Source of the DNA: a bacterium
GTDB lineage: Bacteria; SM23-31
Reading direction: 5' to 3'
DNA: 64,000 nucleotides
NCBI GenBank assembly: GCA_965249485.1
Contig: OZ252239.1
Span: 736,001-800,000 of the forward strand
The stretch's first letter is position 1; the number at the start of each line of letters is the position of its first letter. The notes under the pieces are model-generated. The model saw nothing but the letters and a program-made list of their open reading frames with translations. It ran no database searches and was not told the DNA's origin. Position numbers and translations under genes: made by a program. Shown in pieces: positions 10,791 to 21,543 of the stretch.

Positions 10791-12371
10791 ATGACAGCTC
10801 ATTATTCTATGGATCGATCCAATAAAATAGTCTACTCTGGTTTCATCCTATTCAGTCTAACTGTTATTGTGAAAGGGCTTGCCTTTGTCAAAGATATTTT
10901 AGTAGCCCATTTTTTCGGAATGAATGAGCTCACCGATGCGTATTATATTGCCTTCAGTATACCCCATACACTAATGTATGTCCTCGGAATAACCATTTTA
11001 CGCGGTATGTCCTCCGCTGTATTTTCGGAACGTATTGCAAGGAATGACTATACTAATCTCTCGCTTATATTTTCGACTATATTTAACTGGGCATTTGTAC
11101 TTACCGTAATTGTATCGCTTATTGCTGTCTGGTTTATGCCGGCTATTATCGGGCTGCTGCCATTCCGGTTTACTGATGCGTCGTTCGACATGACTGTGCT
11201 GCTTGCGCGTCTCCTCTTTCCGCTTCTCATCACATTTGGACTTTCGGAATATCTGGGGGCAATTCTCAACGCGTTCCGTAATTTCAAACTGCCTGCAATC
11301 AGTCTGATCATCGCAAATATCTGTATGATCGCAAGCCTCCTTCTTTTGTCGGACCATTTCAGTATCATCAGTCTCGCATATGGCACTGCAATTGGGTTTT
11401 TATTAGCCTTTATACTCCAATTCGTCGTAGTGATATCGACGAAAATACGATATAATCCCGGAGATTTCAATATTGGTCTTCCCCCGATAAAATCTTATAT
11501 TCGAACATCTCTTCCTCTGCTGGGTGCTACTGGAATGGGACAAATAACGGTTCTCATAAGCTATATACTGGCGCTGAACATTGAGAAAGGAATGGTTTCT
11601 GCGCTCACCTATGCCGGAAAAATCAATGAAATAACAGTCGGTCTCTTTGTCATTCCTTTTTTAACCGTTTTGCTGCCGGAATTTTCTCGTGATCAGGCTG
11701 TCAACGATATTCAGGCGCTTAAAGACAGAATTAAGTCCGGGGCAGAGGTTATTGCGGCAATGATTGCATTCGGAATAGCGTTTTTGGGTGTATTCCACCG
11801 TGAAATCATACGGCTAATATTTTTCCGGGGAGCATTTACGCTGGAAAATGTTGAGCTTACGAGTGCAATATTCTCTATCCTGCTTGCCGGATTATGTTTC
11901 ATGACCGCCACCTTGTATATGAATTTTGTGTTTCTTGGCATGCAAAAAACAAAAGTGTTGGCATTAGTCAGCATTGCTGCATATACGGTTAAAATAGTTT
12001 TGATGGTCATTCTTGCACATATGTATGGTATTTTTGGTCTGGCATGGGCTGCAACTGGCACAGCACTTTTCCATGCCGTATTACTTATTGCAGCCTTTAA
12101 AAAATATTGTATTAATATATCAATTGTATCTCAAAGCCGTACAATACTTAAGATAATTCTTGTAGGTGTGATACAGTACGTACTGTTTCAAGGCATGTCT
12201 ACACTGCTGGGTAGTACATCAGTTACGGACATCCGATTACTGGCATTGTACATTGCTGTAGCGGGATTCTCCGGTCTTGTTATCTATATTGGAATGCTTC
12301 ATAGCACAAAAATATTTCCACTTAACGTTGTTTTTTCTGGTATAAAGGGATACTTTCGTGGTGCCGATTAA
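10791..12371 (+). CDS. MurJ/MviN-like MOP-superfamily flippase
   Basis: Many TM helices; AHFFG..TDAY..AF.IP, L.YA, LLPEFS and F.RGAF MurJ-type motifs. Confidence 0.8.
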   Translation: MTAHYSMDRSNKIVYSGFILFSLTVIVKGLAFVKDILVAHFFGMNELTDAYYIAFSIPHTLMYVLGITILRGMSSAVFSERIARNDYTNLSLIFSTIFNWAFVLTVIVSLIAVWFMPAIIGLLPFRFTDASFDMTVLLARLLFPLLITFGLSEYLGAILNAFRNFKLPAISLIIANICMIASLLLLSDHFSIISLAYGTAIGFLLAFILQFVVVISTKIRYNPGDFNIGLPPIKSYIRTSLPLLGATGMGQITVLISYILALNIEKGMVSALTYAGKINEITVGLFVIPFLTVLLPEFSRDQAVNDIQALKDRIKSGAEVIAAMIAFGIAFLGVFHREIIRLIFFRGAFTLENVELTSAIFSILLAGLCFMTATLYMNFVFLGMQKTKVLALVSIAAYTVKIVLMVILAHMYGIFGLAWAATGTALFHAVLLIAAFKKYCINISIVSQSRTILKIILVGVIQYVLFQGMSTLLGSTSVTDIRLLALYIAVAGFSGLVIYIGMLHSTKIFPLNVVFSGIKGYFRGAD

Positions 12372-13482
12372 GATTCTTTACATAGATGAAATCAGCTCTA
12401 TTGGGGGAGGGGAAAATTGGTTTCTCACGTTTTGCGACGGCCTTGATGATGAAGAATTCGAGCCAGTTTTGTTGGCTCCATCTGGTGTATTTACTCAAGC
12501 CGTACGTGCAAAAGGAATACAAGTAATTGAACATACGTTTCGCTGTTCAGATGCGAGTATCCATAAGCTACTCCGTTACCCCTTGCTCATTGTGATGCGG
12601 TTACTCGATGTAATCAAAATCTCCCGGATAATCAAACAGGAAAATATATCGATGATTCATTCTCTAAATACAAATGGTCATATACTCAGTTCATTTTTGA
12701 AATCATTGTTTTCTACAAAAGTGCTTTGGCATATTCACTTATCATTAAAACGATCGCTGTATAAGTATTTCAATGCTACATGTATTGTTTTTGTAGCGGA
12801 TGCAATGCAGCAATCAGTCGAATCTATTCTATCGAAAAAGAATGTCGTGTCCTGTGTTATTTATAATGGAATAAAAAACGATATATTGAACTGTGAAAAG
12901 GAAGATGCATCAAGCGGAGTGTTCACTGTCGGATACGTTGGGAGATTAATACCATTTAAAGGATTAGATGAATTTCTTGATGCAGTATCTCTTGTTACCC
13001 GGAAAACAGCATCTGTCCGGTTTTCACTATACGGCGAAGAAACATATCAGAAACTTTTAAAAGGCAACTACAAAATATCTTTGGAAAAGCGTGTGCACGA
13101 GCTTCACATTCAAAAGTATGTTACTTTTCATGGATTTATCGAAGACCAAAGGAAAATATATTCCCAAATTGATTGCCTTGTGCTACCGTCTTATAGAGAA
13201 GCTTTTCCATTTGTCATTCTTGAAGCAATGGCATCGGGAGTGCCAGTAATCGCGACTAATGTCGGCGGAATTCCCGAACTCATTGAAGACGGTGAAACCG
13301 GTTTTTTGATTCCCCCGAAAGATCCGAAGGCTATAGCCGACGCGGTAACCTATGTTATTGAAAATCCAGAAAAAGCCAAAACTGTGGTTGAAAATGCAAG
13401 AAAACTGGTCCGGGAAAAATTCGATTACCGGGAAAACGCACGACAATTCGTTCAGTTATATAGAGAGCTATTAGATGAGTAG
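12358..13482 (+). CDS. Glycosyltransferase family 4
   Basis: GGGE, VGRL..KG, EAFPFVILEAMASG. Confidence 0.9.
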   Translation: MVPIKILYIDEISSIGGGENWFLTFCDGLDDEEFEPVLLAPSGVFTQAVRAKGIQVIEHTFRCSDASIHKLLRYPLLIVMRLLDVIKISRIIKQENISMIHSLNTNGHILSSFLKSLFSTKVLWHIHLSLKRSLYKYFNATCIVFVADAMQQSVESILSKKNVVSCVIYNGIKNDILNCEKEDASSGVFTVGYVGRLIPFKGLDEFLDAVSLVTRKTASVRFSLYGEETYQKLLKGNYKISLEKRVHELHIQKYVTFHGFIEDQRKIYSQIDCLVLPSYREAFPFVILEAMASGVPVIATNVGGIPELIEDGETGFLIPPKDPKAIADAVTYVIENPEKAKTVVENARKLVREKFDYRENARQFVQLYRELLDE

Positions 13483-14431
13483 TGTAGCATTATCAATCAT
13501 TACCGTAACGTATAATTGTCCGGAATTTATAACGACATGTCTTTCTTCTTTGTATTCTGCGCTGAAGGTAGATTCGTATGAAATTATTGTCGTAGATAAT
13601 GCTTCACATGATAATACTGTTGAGACCATAAAGAGAGAGTTTCCCGATGTAATACTTGTCGAAAGCACAGAGAACATAGGCTATGGTAGAGCTATCAATC
13701 AAGGATTGGAGCGGGCGCAGGGAGACTATGTTGCAGTTTTGAATCCAGATACCGAGGCGGGACACGATGTGTTTTCCGATTTGCTGGGTGTTGTACAGCA
13801 GATACCAGAAGCGGGCTGCATCGGCTGCACACTCATTTCAAGTGACAGGACTCCTCAGAGGAGTTATTTTAATTTCCCTTCTCTCGTCGGCCGGATTGCT
13901 TACTACGCTGGAGTAAACCGGCTCATCAATACGGAGAACATACTAAAATCGTCGTTTGAAATTAATGGAGTAAACTGTATAGAAGTTAATGTGGTGTCGG
14001 GAGCATTCTTCATAATACAACGGGATATATTTAAAAAAATCGGTGGATTCGATTCGAATTATTTCCTGTACCATGAAGAAGCAGACCTCTGCTTCCGGCT
14101 TCACAAAGCAGGATATAAAAACATTGTTGTACCTGGTTTATCGCTTATTCATCATGGCATACATAACGAGACGACAGAAAATCAGGTTGTATTATTTCAC
14201 CGCAACAGAAGTCTCCTCATCTACTTTTACAACCATTTTTCTATTTTTTCGGTCTGGGCACTTTTCAAAATGAATGTGCTCTATTATACGGCACGATACA
14301 TCCTGACATTCAATCCGTTTAGTAGCCGGGAAAAAAGGGCGCAGACACGTAGCGTTATAAATACGGTTCTGCAGTACCATAGAAAATTTCTGACATTTCT
14401 TCTCAAACGCTCTCAAAAAGATTTTCCCTAA
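13475..14431 (+). CDS. Glycosyltransferase family 2
   Basis: VVDNAS.D, N.GYGRA.N.G, LNPD, GGFD..YFLY.EE.D. Confidence 0.9.
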   Translation: MSSVALSIITVTYNCPEFITTCLSSLYSALKVDSYEIIVVDNASHDNTVETIKREFPDVILVESTENIGYGRAINQGLERAQGDYVAVLNPDTEAGHDVFSDLLGVVQQIPEAGCIGCTLISSDRTPQRSYFNFPSLVGRIAYYAGVNRLINTENILKSSFEINGVNCIEVNVVSGAFFIIQRDIFKKIGGFDSNYFLYHEEADLCFRLHKAGYKNIVVPGLSLIHHGIHNETTENQVVLFHRNRSLLIYFYNHFSIFSVWALFKMNVLYYTARYILTFNPFSSREKRAQTRSVINTVLQYHRKFLTFLLKRSQKDFP

Positions 14432-14460
14432 AATCGTATTACTACATAGGAGTTTTCGAA

Positions 14461-16107
14461 ATGAATGGTATGAAACGAATCATCTGGATTCTTGTCGGTA
14501 CCATGCTAATTGTGTCATGCGCCGCAGAGCCGAATGGTGAACGGGTCGGTACGACATCTATTTCGCTTGATGGAATTCGTGCCCATTTGAAATTTCTTAC
14601 CGATGATCTTTTGGACGGCAGGGGGACCGGTTCCCATGGTCTGCAGCTTGCTGAAAACTACGTATCAGCTCAATTCGAGTCGCACGGAATTCAACCCGGT
14701 GGCGATAATGGGACCTATTTTCAAAAAGTCCCGATGGTCGGTTATACTGCGGCTCAGGTAACATTCGAGTTTCGTAAAGGCAGCAGAATGAAAAAGCTTA
14801 CGTATCTCGATGATTTTGTCGCAAATACTGCACGTGCTGAATCCCATGTTGTTCTCAATAATGAAATTGTCTATGTCGGTTACGGTGTCGATGCACCTGA
14901 GCAAAATTGGGACGACTACAAAGATGTTGACGTTACCGATAAAATTCTCCTTATGACAGTAAATGATCCATCTTCGGATGATTCGGAACTATTCGGCGGA
15001 AATGCTCTCACCTATTACGGACGATGGACTTACAAAAATGAGATAGCCGGAGAAAAAGGAGCCGCCGGTGTTATCCTCATTCATAAAACTGAGAAAGCAG
15101 GGTACCCCTGGCAGGTTGTAAGAAACTCATGGAGTGGAGAACAATCGATGCTGCAGCCGAAAGAAGGCGACCCTCCGAAAACAGCGCTCGAATCGTGGAT
15201 AAGCAGTGATGCTGCTGAAGAGTTATTTAGTATGGCAGGGTTCTCGCTTGATGAAATGATTGAACAGGCAGGATCGCGAGATTTTCAGCCGGTGTCTCTC
15301 GGAATTAATCTGAATGTTGACCTCAAAAGTGCTATACGTCACTTTGATTCTCGGAATGTAATCGGTGTTGTCACAGGGCAGATTCCCGATGAATATGTAC
15401 TCTATTCGTCGCACCTTGACCATCTCGGTGCCGGTGCGCCGGTCAATGGTGACGGAATTTTCAATGGTGCTCAGGATAACGGAACCGGCAGTAGCGGCCT
15501 GATAGAAATCGCAAAAGCATTTGCAGCACTGCCGAAACCTCCGGTTCGGTCAATCCTTTTTTGTGCAGTAACTGCCGAAGAGCAGGGTCTTCTCGGTTCG
15601 AAATATTACGCACAGAATCCGGTATACCCACTCAGCAAAACACTTGCGAATGTCAATATTGACGCATTTCACTTTCTTGGCAGAGTCAAAAATGTTGTCT
15701 TTCTTGGCTCAGACCGATCTTCGCTCGGTCCTCTCGGAGAGGCAGTAGCGCAGGAAAACGGCCTGATTGTCAGCCCTGACCCATCTCCTGAACAAGGACA
15801 TTTCTTCAGATCTGACCAACTCAGTTTTGTCAGGGCAGGATTACCGGCAATCTATATTAATCCCGGATTGGATATTGAAAATCGTCCCGAAGGATGGGGA
15901 ATGGAGCAGCAGCAGCTTTACCAGCAGTTACACTATCACCAGCCGTCGGACGAATATCATGATAAACTAAATCTCGATGGTGTTGTACAAATATCGCGGT
16001 TGGCGTTTCAAATCGGTTACCGGATTGCTGCTTTGCAGGAGTGGCCGGTCTGGAATGAAGGTGACCAATTTAAAAGTATCCGTGAAGAGTCGCTTCAGCG
16101 GCAATAA
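14461..16107 (+). CDS. M28 family peptidase with PA domain, lipoprotein
   Basis: Lipobox IVSC; SHLDH, NGAQDNG, AEEQGLLGS, RSDQ, YHQPSD. Confidence 0.9.
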   Translation: MNGMKRIIWILVGTMLIVSCAAEPNGERVGTTSISLDGIRAHLKFLTDDLLDGRGTGSHGLQLAENYVSAQFESHGIQPGGDNGTYFQKVPMVGYTAAQVTFEFRKGSRMKKLTYLDDFVANTARAESHVVLNNEIVYVGYGVDAPEQNWDDYKDVDVTDKILLMTVNDPSSDDSELFGGNALTYYGRWTYKNEIAGEKGAAGVILIHKTEKAGYPWQVVRNSWSGEQSMLQPKEGDPPKTALESWISSDAAEELFSMAGFSLDEMIEQAGSRDFQPVSLGINLNVDLKSAIRHFDSRNVIGVVTGQIPDEYVLYSSHLDHLGAGAPVNGDGIFNGAQDNGTGSSGLIEIAKAFAALPKPPVRSILFCAVTAEEQGLLGSKYYAQNPVYPLSKTLANVNIDAFHFLGRVKNVVFLGSDRSSLGPLGEAVAQENGLIVSPDPSPEQGHFFRSDQLSFVRAGLPAIYINPGLDIENRPEGWGMEQQQLYQQLHYHQPSDEYHDKLNLDGVVQISRLAFQIGYRIAALQEWPVWNEGDQFKSIREESLQRQ

Positions 16108-16219
16108 GAGTTTTGAGTCATGCCATTCTGAATAAAATAAGATGAGTATTGTTACATAGCTGGGAGGCAGGATGATGCCGTGAGGTGACAAGAAAAGAAA
16201 AGTTTGTGTTAAATCCTGT

Positions 16220-16348
16220 CAAAATACCAAAATCGGGACTCATGAGGTCCCGATTTTAGTTTCTGGTGCAATCTTTCTCCACAAACATTGGCCTGCGAAA
16301 GCACAATGCCTGTAATATAGGTGCGATATAGGCAATATTATTGCCTGC
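16220..16348 (-). ncRNA. Candidate sigma54-dependent small RNA (three stem-loops)
   Basis: Consensus -24/-12 promoter upstream, two hairpins (one needs G-U pairs that form only on the minus strand), terminal terminator hairpin with U-rich tail, no credible ORF. Confidence 0.55.
16229..16257. terminator. Intrinsic terminator hairpin, possibly bidirectional
   Basis: AAAATCGGGAC-TCATGAG-GTCCCGATTTT inverted repeat, with T-rich tails on both strands. Confidence 0.75.
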
Positions 16349-16358
16349 CATATATAGA

Positions 16359-16374
16359 AGCAAATTAAGTGCCA
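16359..16374 (-). promoter_or_regulatory. Sigma54 (-24/-12) promoter
   Basis: Minus strand reads TGGCAC-TTAAT-TTGCT, an exact match to TGGCAC-N5-TTGCW. Confidence 0.7.
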
Positions 16375-16657
16375 CAATTTCAAAGTGTGATCTGGAGCAC
16401 AATTTCTAAAAAAATTAGCTTGATTCAAAGAAAATTAATACAAAAATGACAATTTCTGCATAGGCAAAATCTTGCACGGTTGGATTTAAAAAAAAGTGAG
16501 CTTTTGGGAAAATAACAGTGGGAATAGTTCAATTCTTTCAAGGCACTATTCCTAGTCGCACAAAACAGAACGCAACTGTTGTACTGAGATTCTTCACTGA
16601 TCTCCTTCAGCACTAAAAAATGAAGCAGTACAATGAAAATAAGAACATTAAGTTGGA

Positions 16658-18190
16658 CTAATTCTTAAACATGTTTTCTACCGGAATAATGATAATGTGT
16701 TCCGGATTAATGGACAGCGGATATGACATAATCTCTTTGTCCTCAGACAAAAGATCGTCATCAATATCAACGGAATAGGTAATGGGAGAAGATGAGTCCG
16801 AAAGTAGATTGTCCCTCAGTGTTGCAGCATCAGGTGTAACAATTGCCACTGCAATGTTACTGTATTGAAGATTACGTCTAATGGCTCTGTTGACATTATC
16901 GAGCGAGAGTGCCCGGAGTTCATTTTCGATACGGTCGATATGATATTTGGAACCGTAAAATTTCGAGTCCATCAGATATCCTAATCGCCGGCTGATGGTC
17001 TGAACATAGAGTTTCGAATAATTCAAAAGAAAATCCCGCGTTTCTTCAAATTGTTCCTGAGTCATGCCGTCATCGATAAGGATTTGTAGCTCTCTGAGAG
17101 CCTGCCGGAGTGCAAAATGAGCGTTATTGTGGGCGACAGGACGGATCCATATGCTGAAATACTGCCTGCTTCTCGGAACATTCGGAACAGGAAATGTCGA
17201 GCCGCCGTCTTGTACAAAATGTTCGATATACGAGTAATCGCCATAATTCAGCCCCCGAAGCTGACGCATCACATTCATAAGCCGGCCGTTAAAAGTGCGG
17301 TGCTCACCGAGGTACGAGTTAGCAACCATGAGCGCATAAAAGTCTTTATCTGCTCGAGTAATGTTTACCGGGAATCCAAGAGATATCGCTGTAGCTATTA
17401 CCTGCTTCTCGACAAGGAGAACCTCAATGTCCTCTAATGCTCTCGGTTCTTGCAGCACTGCTGTTGTAGGAGAACCAAGAGGCAGTGTTCCGATTAATTC
17501 GCTCCCAATTTTCCCAATGAGATTTTCGGGAAATCCACCTGCTATTCCAACGGTAATCGAGCTTTGCGTATACCATGTGGAATAATAATCCCGTACGTCC
17601 TCAAGCGTCACCGCCGTAAGCCCCTCTTCAGTTCCCATTTCGGTATATTCATACGGATGTCCTTCATACAGCAGGGAATTCAATGCCTGTTTACCGAGCT
17701 CCTCATCATTGTTTCCACGGAGATTCGTAACAATCTGATTAATCAGTAAGTCCTTATTTCGCTGAAAGTCATCAGGATCCAACCGCGGATTCGTAATAAT
17801 TTCCGTCAACAATACAAAAAATGGTTCAAGATGGTCTCTGTGGACTTCACCGATAAACGTAGTCACTTCTTTATCATACTGTAGTGTGAGGGAAGCAGCC
17901 AAGGGATAGAGTATTTCCACAACTCCACGGTACGTTAAATCGCTGGTGCCGCCCTGACCGACTGTTAATGCTGTCAGCGCATTGAGCCCCTCTTTCCCTG
18001 TCGGATCGTTAGCCGAACCAGTATTGAAAAGAATCCGAAATGTAACAAGAGGTGACTCAGGAGTATTAATTGAAATGATTTTATCATTGTTGCTATCATT
18101 TAAACTGCACGATTGTATAGACATAATTATCAGGATACTTAATATGATACTTTTATTAATAGAACTAGTAATAATCTCTCTCAGAAACAT
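16658..18190 (-). CDS. M16 family peptidase, non-catalytic subunit (probable lipoprotein)
   Basis: M16 fold motifs (GS..DP.GKEGL; RL...R..RGL.YG.Y), no HXXEH, IQSC lipobox-like, adjacent to the catalytic subunit. Confidence 0.85.
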   Translation of the reverse strand: MFLREIITSSINKSIILSILIIMSIQSCSLNDSNNDKIISINTPESPLVTFRILFNTGSANDPTGKEGLNALTALTVGQGGTSDLTYRGVVEILYPLAASLTLQYDKEVTTFIGEVHRDHLEPFFVLLTEIITNPRLDPDDFQRNKDLLINQIVTNLRGNNDEELGKQALNSLLYEGHPYEYTEMGTEEGLTAVTLEDVRDYYSTWYTQSSITVGIAGGFPENLIGKIGSELIGTLPLGSPTTAVLQEPRALEDIEVLLVEKQVIATAISLGFPVNITRADKDFYALMVANSYLGEHRTFNGRLMNVMRQLRGLNYGDYSYIEHFVQDGGSTFPVPNVPRSRQYFSIWIRPVAHNNAHFALRQALRELQILIDDGMTQEQFEETRDFLLNYSKLYVQTISRRLGYLMDSKFYGSKYHIDRIENELRALSLDNVNRAIRRNLQYSNIAVAIVTPDAATLRDNLLSDSSSPITYSVDIDDDLLSEDKEIMSYPLSINPEHIIIIPVENMFKN

Positions 18191-18234
18191 ACGTAATTTA
18201 TTTCTGTTTTAAAGTATTGGAAAACTTTAAAACG

Positions 18235-18288
18235 GTGTCATTTAGACCGGAGTCGCGGTATTACATTATAGTGGCGAAGTAGAGATCT
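18235..18288 (+). repeat. Degenerate REP-like intergenic element (type A)
   Basis: GTGTCATTT-AGACCGGAGTC...GAAGTAGAGATCT, similar to 52881-52942 and 63413-63465. Confidence 0.5.
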
Positions 18289-18339
18289 TTCATCTGACTA
18301 GTGTTTTTTACTTGTTTTCTAATCAGGAGTTTATCTCTT

Positions 18340-19689
18340 TTATTCATCCTGTCCGGTCATGAGTACTGTTGTCCTGTTGTCCGAAGAAAAATATCGCCGC
18401 ACTACTGTCACGATATCGTCCTGAGTGACACTGTCATAAAGTTCATAAATGTTATTAACCGTTTCGGGATCGCCGGTCAGCTGAAGATAGTGTCCGAGTG
18501 TTCTCGCAATCGCATTCGGATTGTTGAGCTGCATTGCAAATGAATACCGCATGTGTGCCTTTGTGTCTTCGAGCGTCTGAGCATCGATCTGCTCAGATTT
18601 CAGCAGGTCGATTGCCTTGAAAATTTCATCTCGTACATAATCCATTTTGTCCGGTTTCGTAACGCGGACAGCAATTTCAAATAACGGAGAATCTCGGTGG
18701 TCGACGGCACCTCCGGAAAGGATATCAACAACCTGCTCATCGACGTAGAGTTTTTGAAACAGAGGTGCATTCCGGGAAAACAGAAGTTGCGAAATGACAT
18801 CCAATGCCGGCATGTCGATGGTCTGATCCGAAAATGCGGCGACGTGATAGCCAATATACAGATACGGAACAGTTTCATTTGGCCACTCCTTGTGCACAGA
18901 TTTTTCTTCTGCTTGCACCGGCTCTTTCGGTATCTCAGGAATAAATTTACCCTGTTCCCAGTTTCCGTAGTAGGACGCAATCAATCTTTCCAGTTCATTC
19001 TGCCTGAAATCTCCGACCACAACGATGACGGAGTTTTCAGGACGGTAATACCGGTCATAAAACTGAAGACTGTATTCGTAATTCTCCGGCATATTCTTGA
19101 TATCTTCGAGCAGACCTATAGTGGTGTGTTGATATGGGTGGTTTGAATAAGCAAGCCCTTTCACCGTTTCTCGAAGAAAAAGAAACGGATTCGAGAAATT
19201 CAAATTATACTCACCAAGTATAGCACCCGCCTCGGTCTTGAAATCTTCCTCGGAATATTCAAGGTTCAAAAACCGGTCTGACTCGATGTTGATAATTTTC
19301 TCAAGAGCATCCGAGCTGGCGACAATGTGATACGCTGTCCAGTCGTCTGTCGTAAATGCATTTGAATCTGCGCCCATCTTCTTGAGGACGTCATTATACT
19401 CTTCACTCGAAAACCGGTCTGTTCCCCTGAACATCATATGCTCAAAAAAGTGGGCATACCCGGAAAACCCCTTTTCGACTTCGTTCCTCGATCCGGCACG
19501 AACCACAGTGTAATAGGCGATTATGCCAGGGCTGTCATAGGAGACTGAAACGACTTTGAGTCCGTTTTCGAGTTCAAACTCATTAACAGGAAACGGAAAT
19601 ATTTTATTTTTCGTTTGAGCGTGTGATTCCGTCATAGTGATAAGGAAAATAAGTATAAAGGTAACAATAAATCTATCTCTTGTCTTCAT
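18340..19689 (-). CDS. M16 family (pitrilysin/insulinase) zinc peptidase, catalytic subunit
   Basis: LENGL, GSRNE, HFFEHMMFRGT (HXXEH), NAFT; signal peptide. Confidence 0.92.
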   Translation of the reverse strand: MKTRDRFIVTFILIFLITMTESHAQTKNKIFPFPVNEFELENGLKVVSVSYDSPGIIAYYTVVRAGSRNEVEKGFSGYAHFFEHMMFRGTDRFSSEEYNDVLKKMGADSNAFTTDDWTAYHIVASSDALEKIINIESDRFLNLEYSEEDFKTEAGAILGEYNLNFSNPFLFLRETVKGLAYSNHPYQHTTIGLLEDIKNMPENYEYSLQFYDRYYRPENSVIVVVGDFRQNELERLIASYYGNWEQGKFIPEIPKEPVQAEEKSVHKEWPNETVPYLYIGYHVAAFSDQTIDMPALDVISQLLFSRNAPLFQKLYVDEQVVDILSGGAVDHRDSPLFEIAVRVTKPDKMDYVRDEIFKAIDLLKSEQIDAQTLEDTKAHMRYSFAMQLNNPNAIARTLGHYLQLTGDPETVNNIYELYDSVTQDDIVTVVRRYFSSDNRTTVLMTGQDE

Positions 19690-19753
19690 GCGGTAGTAAA
19701 ATTTGTTATGTTCTTGCTGCCGAATCGTATGATGTCATTGCGGTATGCGAATA

Positions 19754-21187
19754 CTATTGTGCCCCTACAATACCTTCTGAAGGTTCTGCTGGATCTATTT
19801 TATGCATTGAAAACCCGGTATATCCGTACAGGATCGAAATTAAAGGATTCAGAAGATTCAAAAATGCAAACGGTGCATACACTAATGGTGAAACACCGAG
19901 CACTCCGCCCATAAAGGCGCCGCAGGTATTCCATGCAATGAGCGGTGAAGTCAGCGTAGCTGAATCTTCCAGCGCTCTTGACAGATTTTTAGGATGTAGT
20001 TTATGTTTATCGTATGCTTTCTTATACATTCTGCCCGGGACAACAATAGCGAGATATTGATCGGGTGCTATAACATTCATAAAGATGCAGGTGCCCACTG
20101 TTGTCAATATAAGTGAACCGACCGTCCGTGCTAATTTCAGGATAGCCTGGGCAATTGTCTCAAGCATGCCGCTTCCTTCCATGACACCACCGAATGAAAG
20201 CGCAGTAATAATGAGCGCAATTGTGTTCATCATCGACATTAAGCCGCCTCTTGACAACAGTGAATCGATATTTTCAACGCCAGTGGATGCTTCAAAGCCG
20301 GTAAAAGATACACGTATTACCTCAGCAACAGAATCGCCCTGAAATACAATGGCTACGAGTCCGCCAAGAACCGATCCGCCGAACATAGCCGGAAGTGCCG
20401 GAATTTTATAGACAACCATCAGGATGACAAGTAAAACCGGCAGCAGGAGCCAGGGGCTAATCGTGAAGTGCTCACGAAGTGTCGTCAGCATCAGACTGAT
20501 ATGTTGCGTCTGGCTGCTGTCACCACCGTAATTCAGACCAATAATATAATAGAGGATCAACGCAATTATGAGACTGGGCGTAACGGTATAGACCATATGA
20601 CGGATATGGGTGAACAGATCGGTACCCGATACTGCAGGAGCTAAGTTCGTTGTGTCTGACAAGGGTGACATTTTATCGCCGAAGTATGCTCCGGAAATAA
20701 CCGATCCGGCAACGAGGCCAGCAGGTATCTGGAGAGCTACTCCGATCCCGATAAGAGCAACCCCTACCGTTCCTGCAGTAGACCATGAACTCCCGGTCGA
20801 TAGAGATACAATACAACAGATTATACATGCCGTCACAAGGAAATATGATGGCGATATCAAAAGGAGACCATAATAAACCATACTTGGTACGATACCGCTC
20901 TGTATCCATGTGCCGATCAGGCAGCCGATTACTATAAGGATCAATAATGGAGACATTGCAATCATAATACCGTTCACAAGACTCTTCTGCACCACCGCCC
21001 AATTATTGCCGAGATAGATTGAGATAACGGAAGCAATTGCCGTTCCTATTAAAAGAGGTATGTGTGAGCCCCCGGTATCGATATCGAGCCCAAGCCAGAC
21101 AATTGTATAACCAAATAGGATTACAAGGCTAAAAACAGGAATAAGAGATAACATTAAGCCGGGAGTTTTCCGGTTCTGCTCCGTCAT
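19754..21187 (-). CDS. nhaC: Na+/H+ antiporter NhaC family
   Basis: TGSSW, SGAYFGDKMSPLSDTTNLA, SR.LED..T; start moved to ATG 21187, which follows a GGAG RBS. Confidence 0.9.
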   Translation of the reverse strand: MTEQNRKTPGLMLSLIPVFSLVILFGYTIVWLGLDIDTGGSHIPLLIGTAIASVISIYLGNNWAVVQKSLVNGIMIAMSPLLILIVIGCLIGTWIQSGIVPSMVYYGLLLISPSYFLVTACIICCIVSLSTGSSWSTAGTVGVALIGIGVALQIPAGLVAGSVISGAYFGDKMSPLSDTTNLAPAVSGTDLFTHIRHMVYTVTPSLIIALILYYIIGLNYGGDSSQTQHISLMLTTLREHFTISPWLLLPVLLVILMVVYKIPALPAMFGGSVLGGLVAIVFQGDSVAEVIRVSFTGFEASTGVENIDSLLSRGGLMSMMNTIALIITALSFGGVMEGSGMLETIAQAILKLARTVGSLILTTVGTCIFMNVIAPDQYLAIVVPGRMYKKAYDKHKLHPKNLSRALEDSATLTSPLIAWNTCGAFMGGVLGVSPLVYAPFAFLNLLNPLISILYGYTGFSMHKIDPAEPSEGIVGAQ

Positions 21188-21543
21188 AGCAACTCCAATG
21201 TTTTTGATTTTTGATAAATTGTTAAAGATATTCTTTCTTTTATCGAATGTCAACCGAAATAAGAAAGTCAAAACCAGCCTTATTTCCTCTCAATCAGGCG
21301 CCACATTTCTTGATTTTGCTTGACCGCAATAATGAATATTACTATATTTTTTTTACACCCCAGGTTATCTGTATCTTGATCGCGCTAATCAATTATGTTA
21401 ATTCAGCACCTTCAAAGGCACCGATCTATATTAATAACTATGATTATATATCAGAAAACTCCCATATAAAAGATTTGTAACCTTGGTGTGAATAACCGGA
21501 AGAGTGACTGTCACTACGTTTAACAACCCCAAAAGGTGTACAC

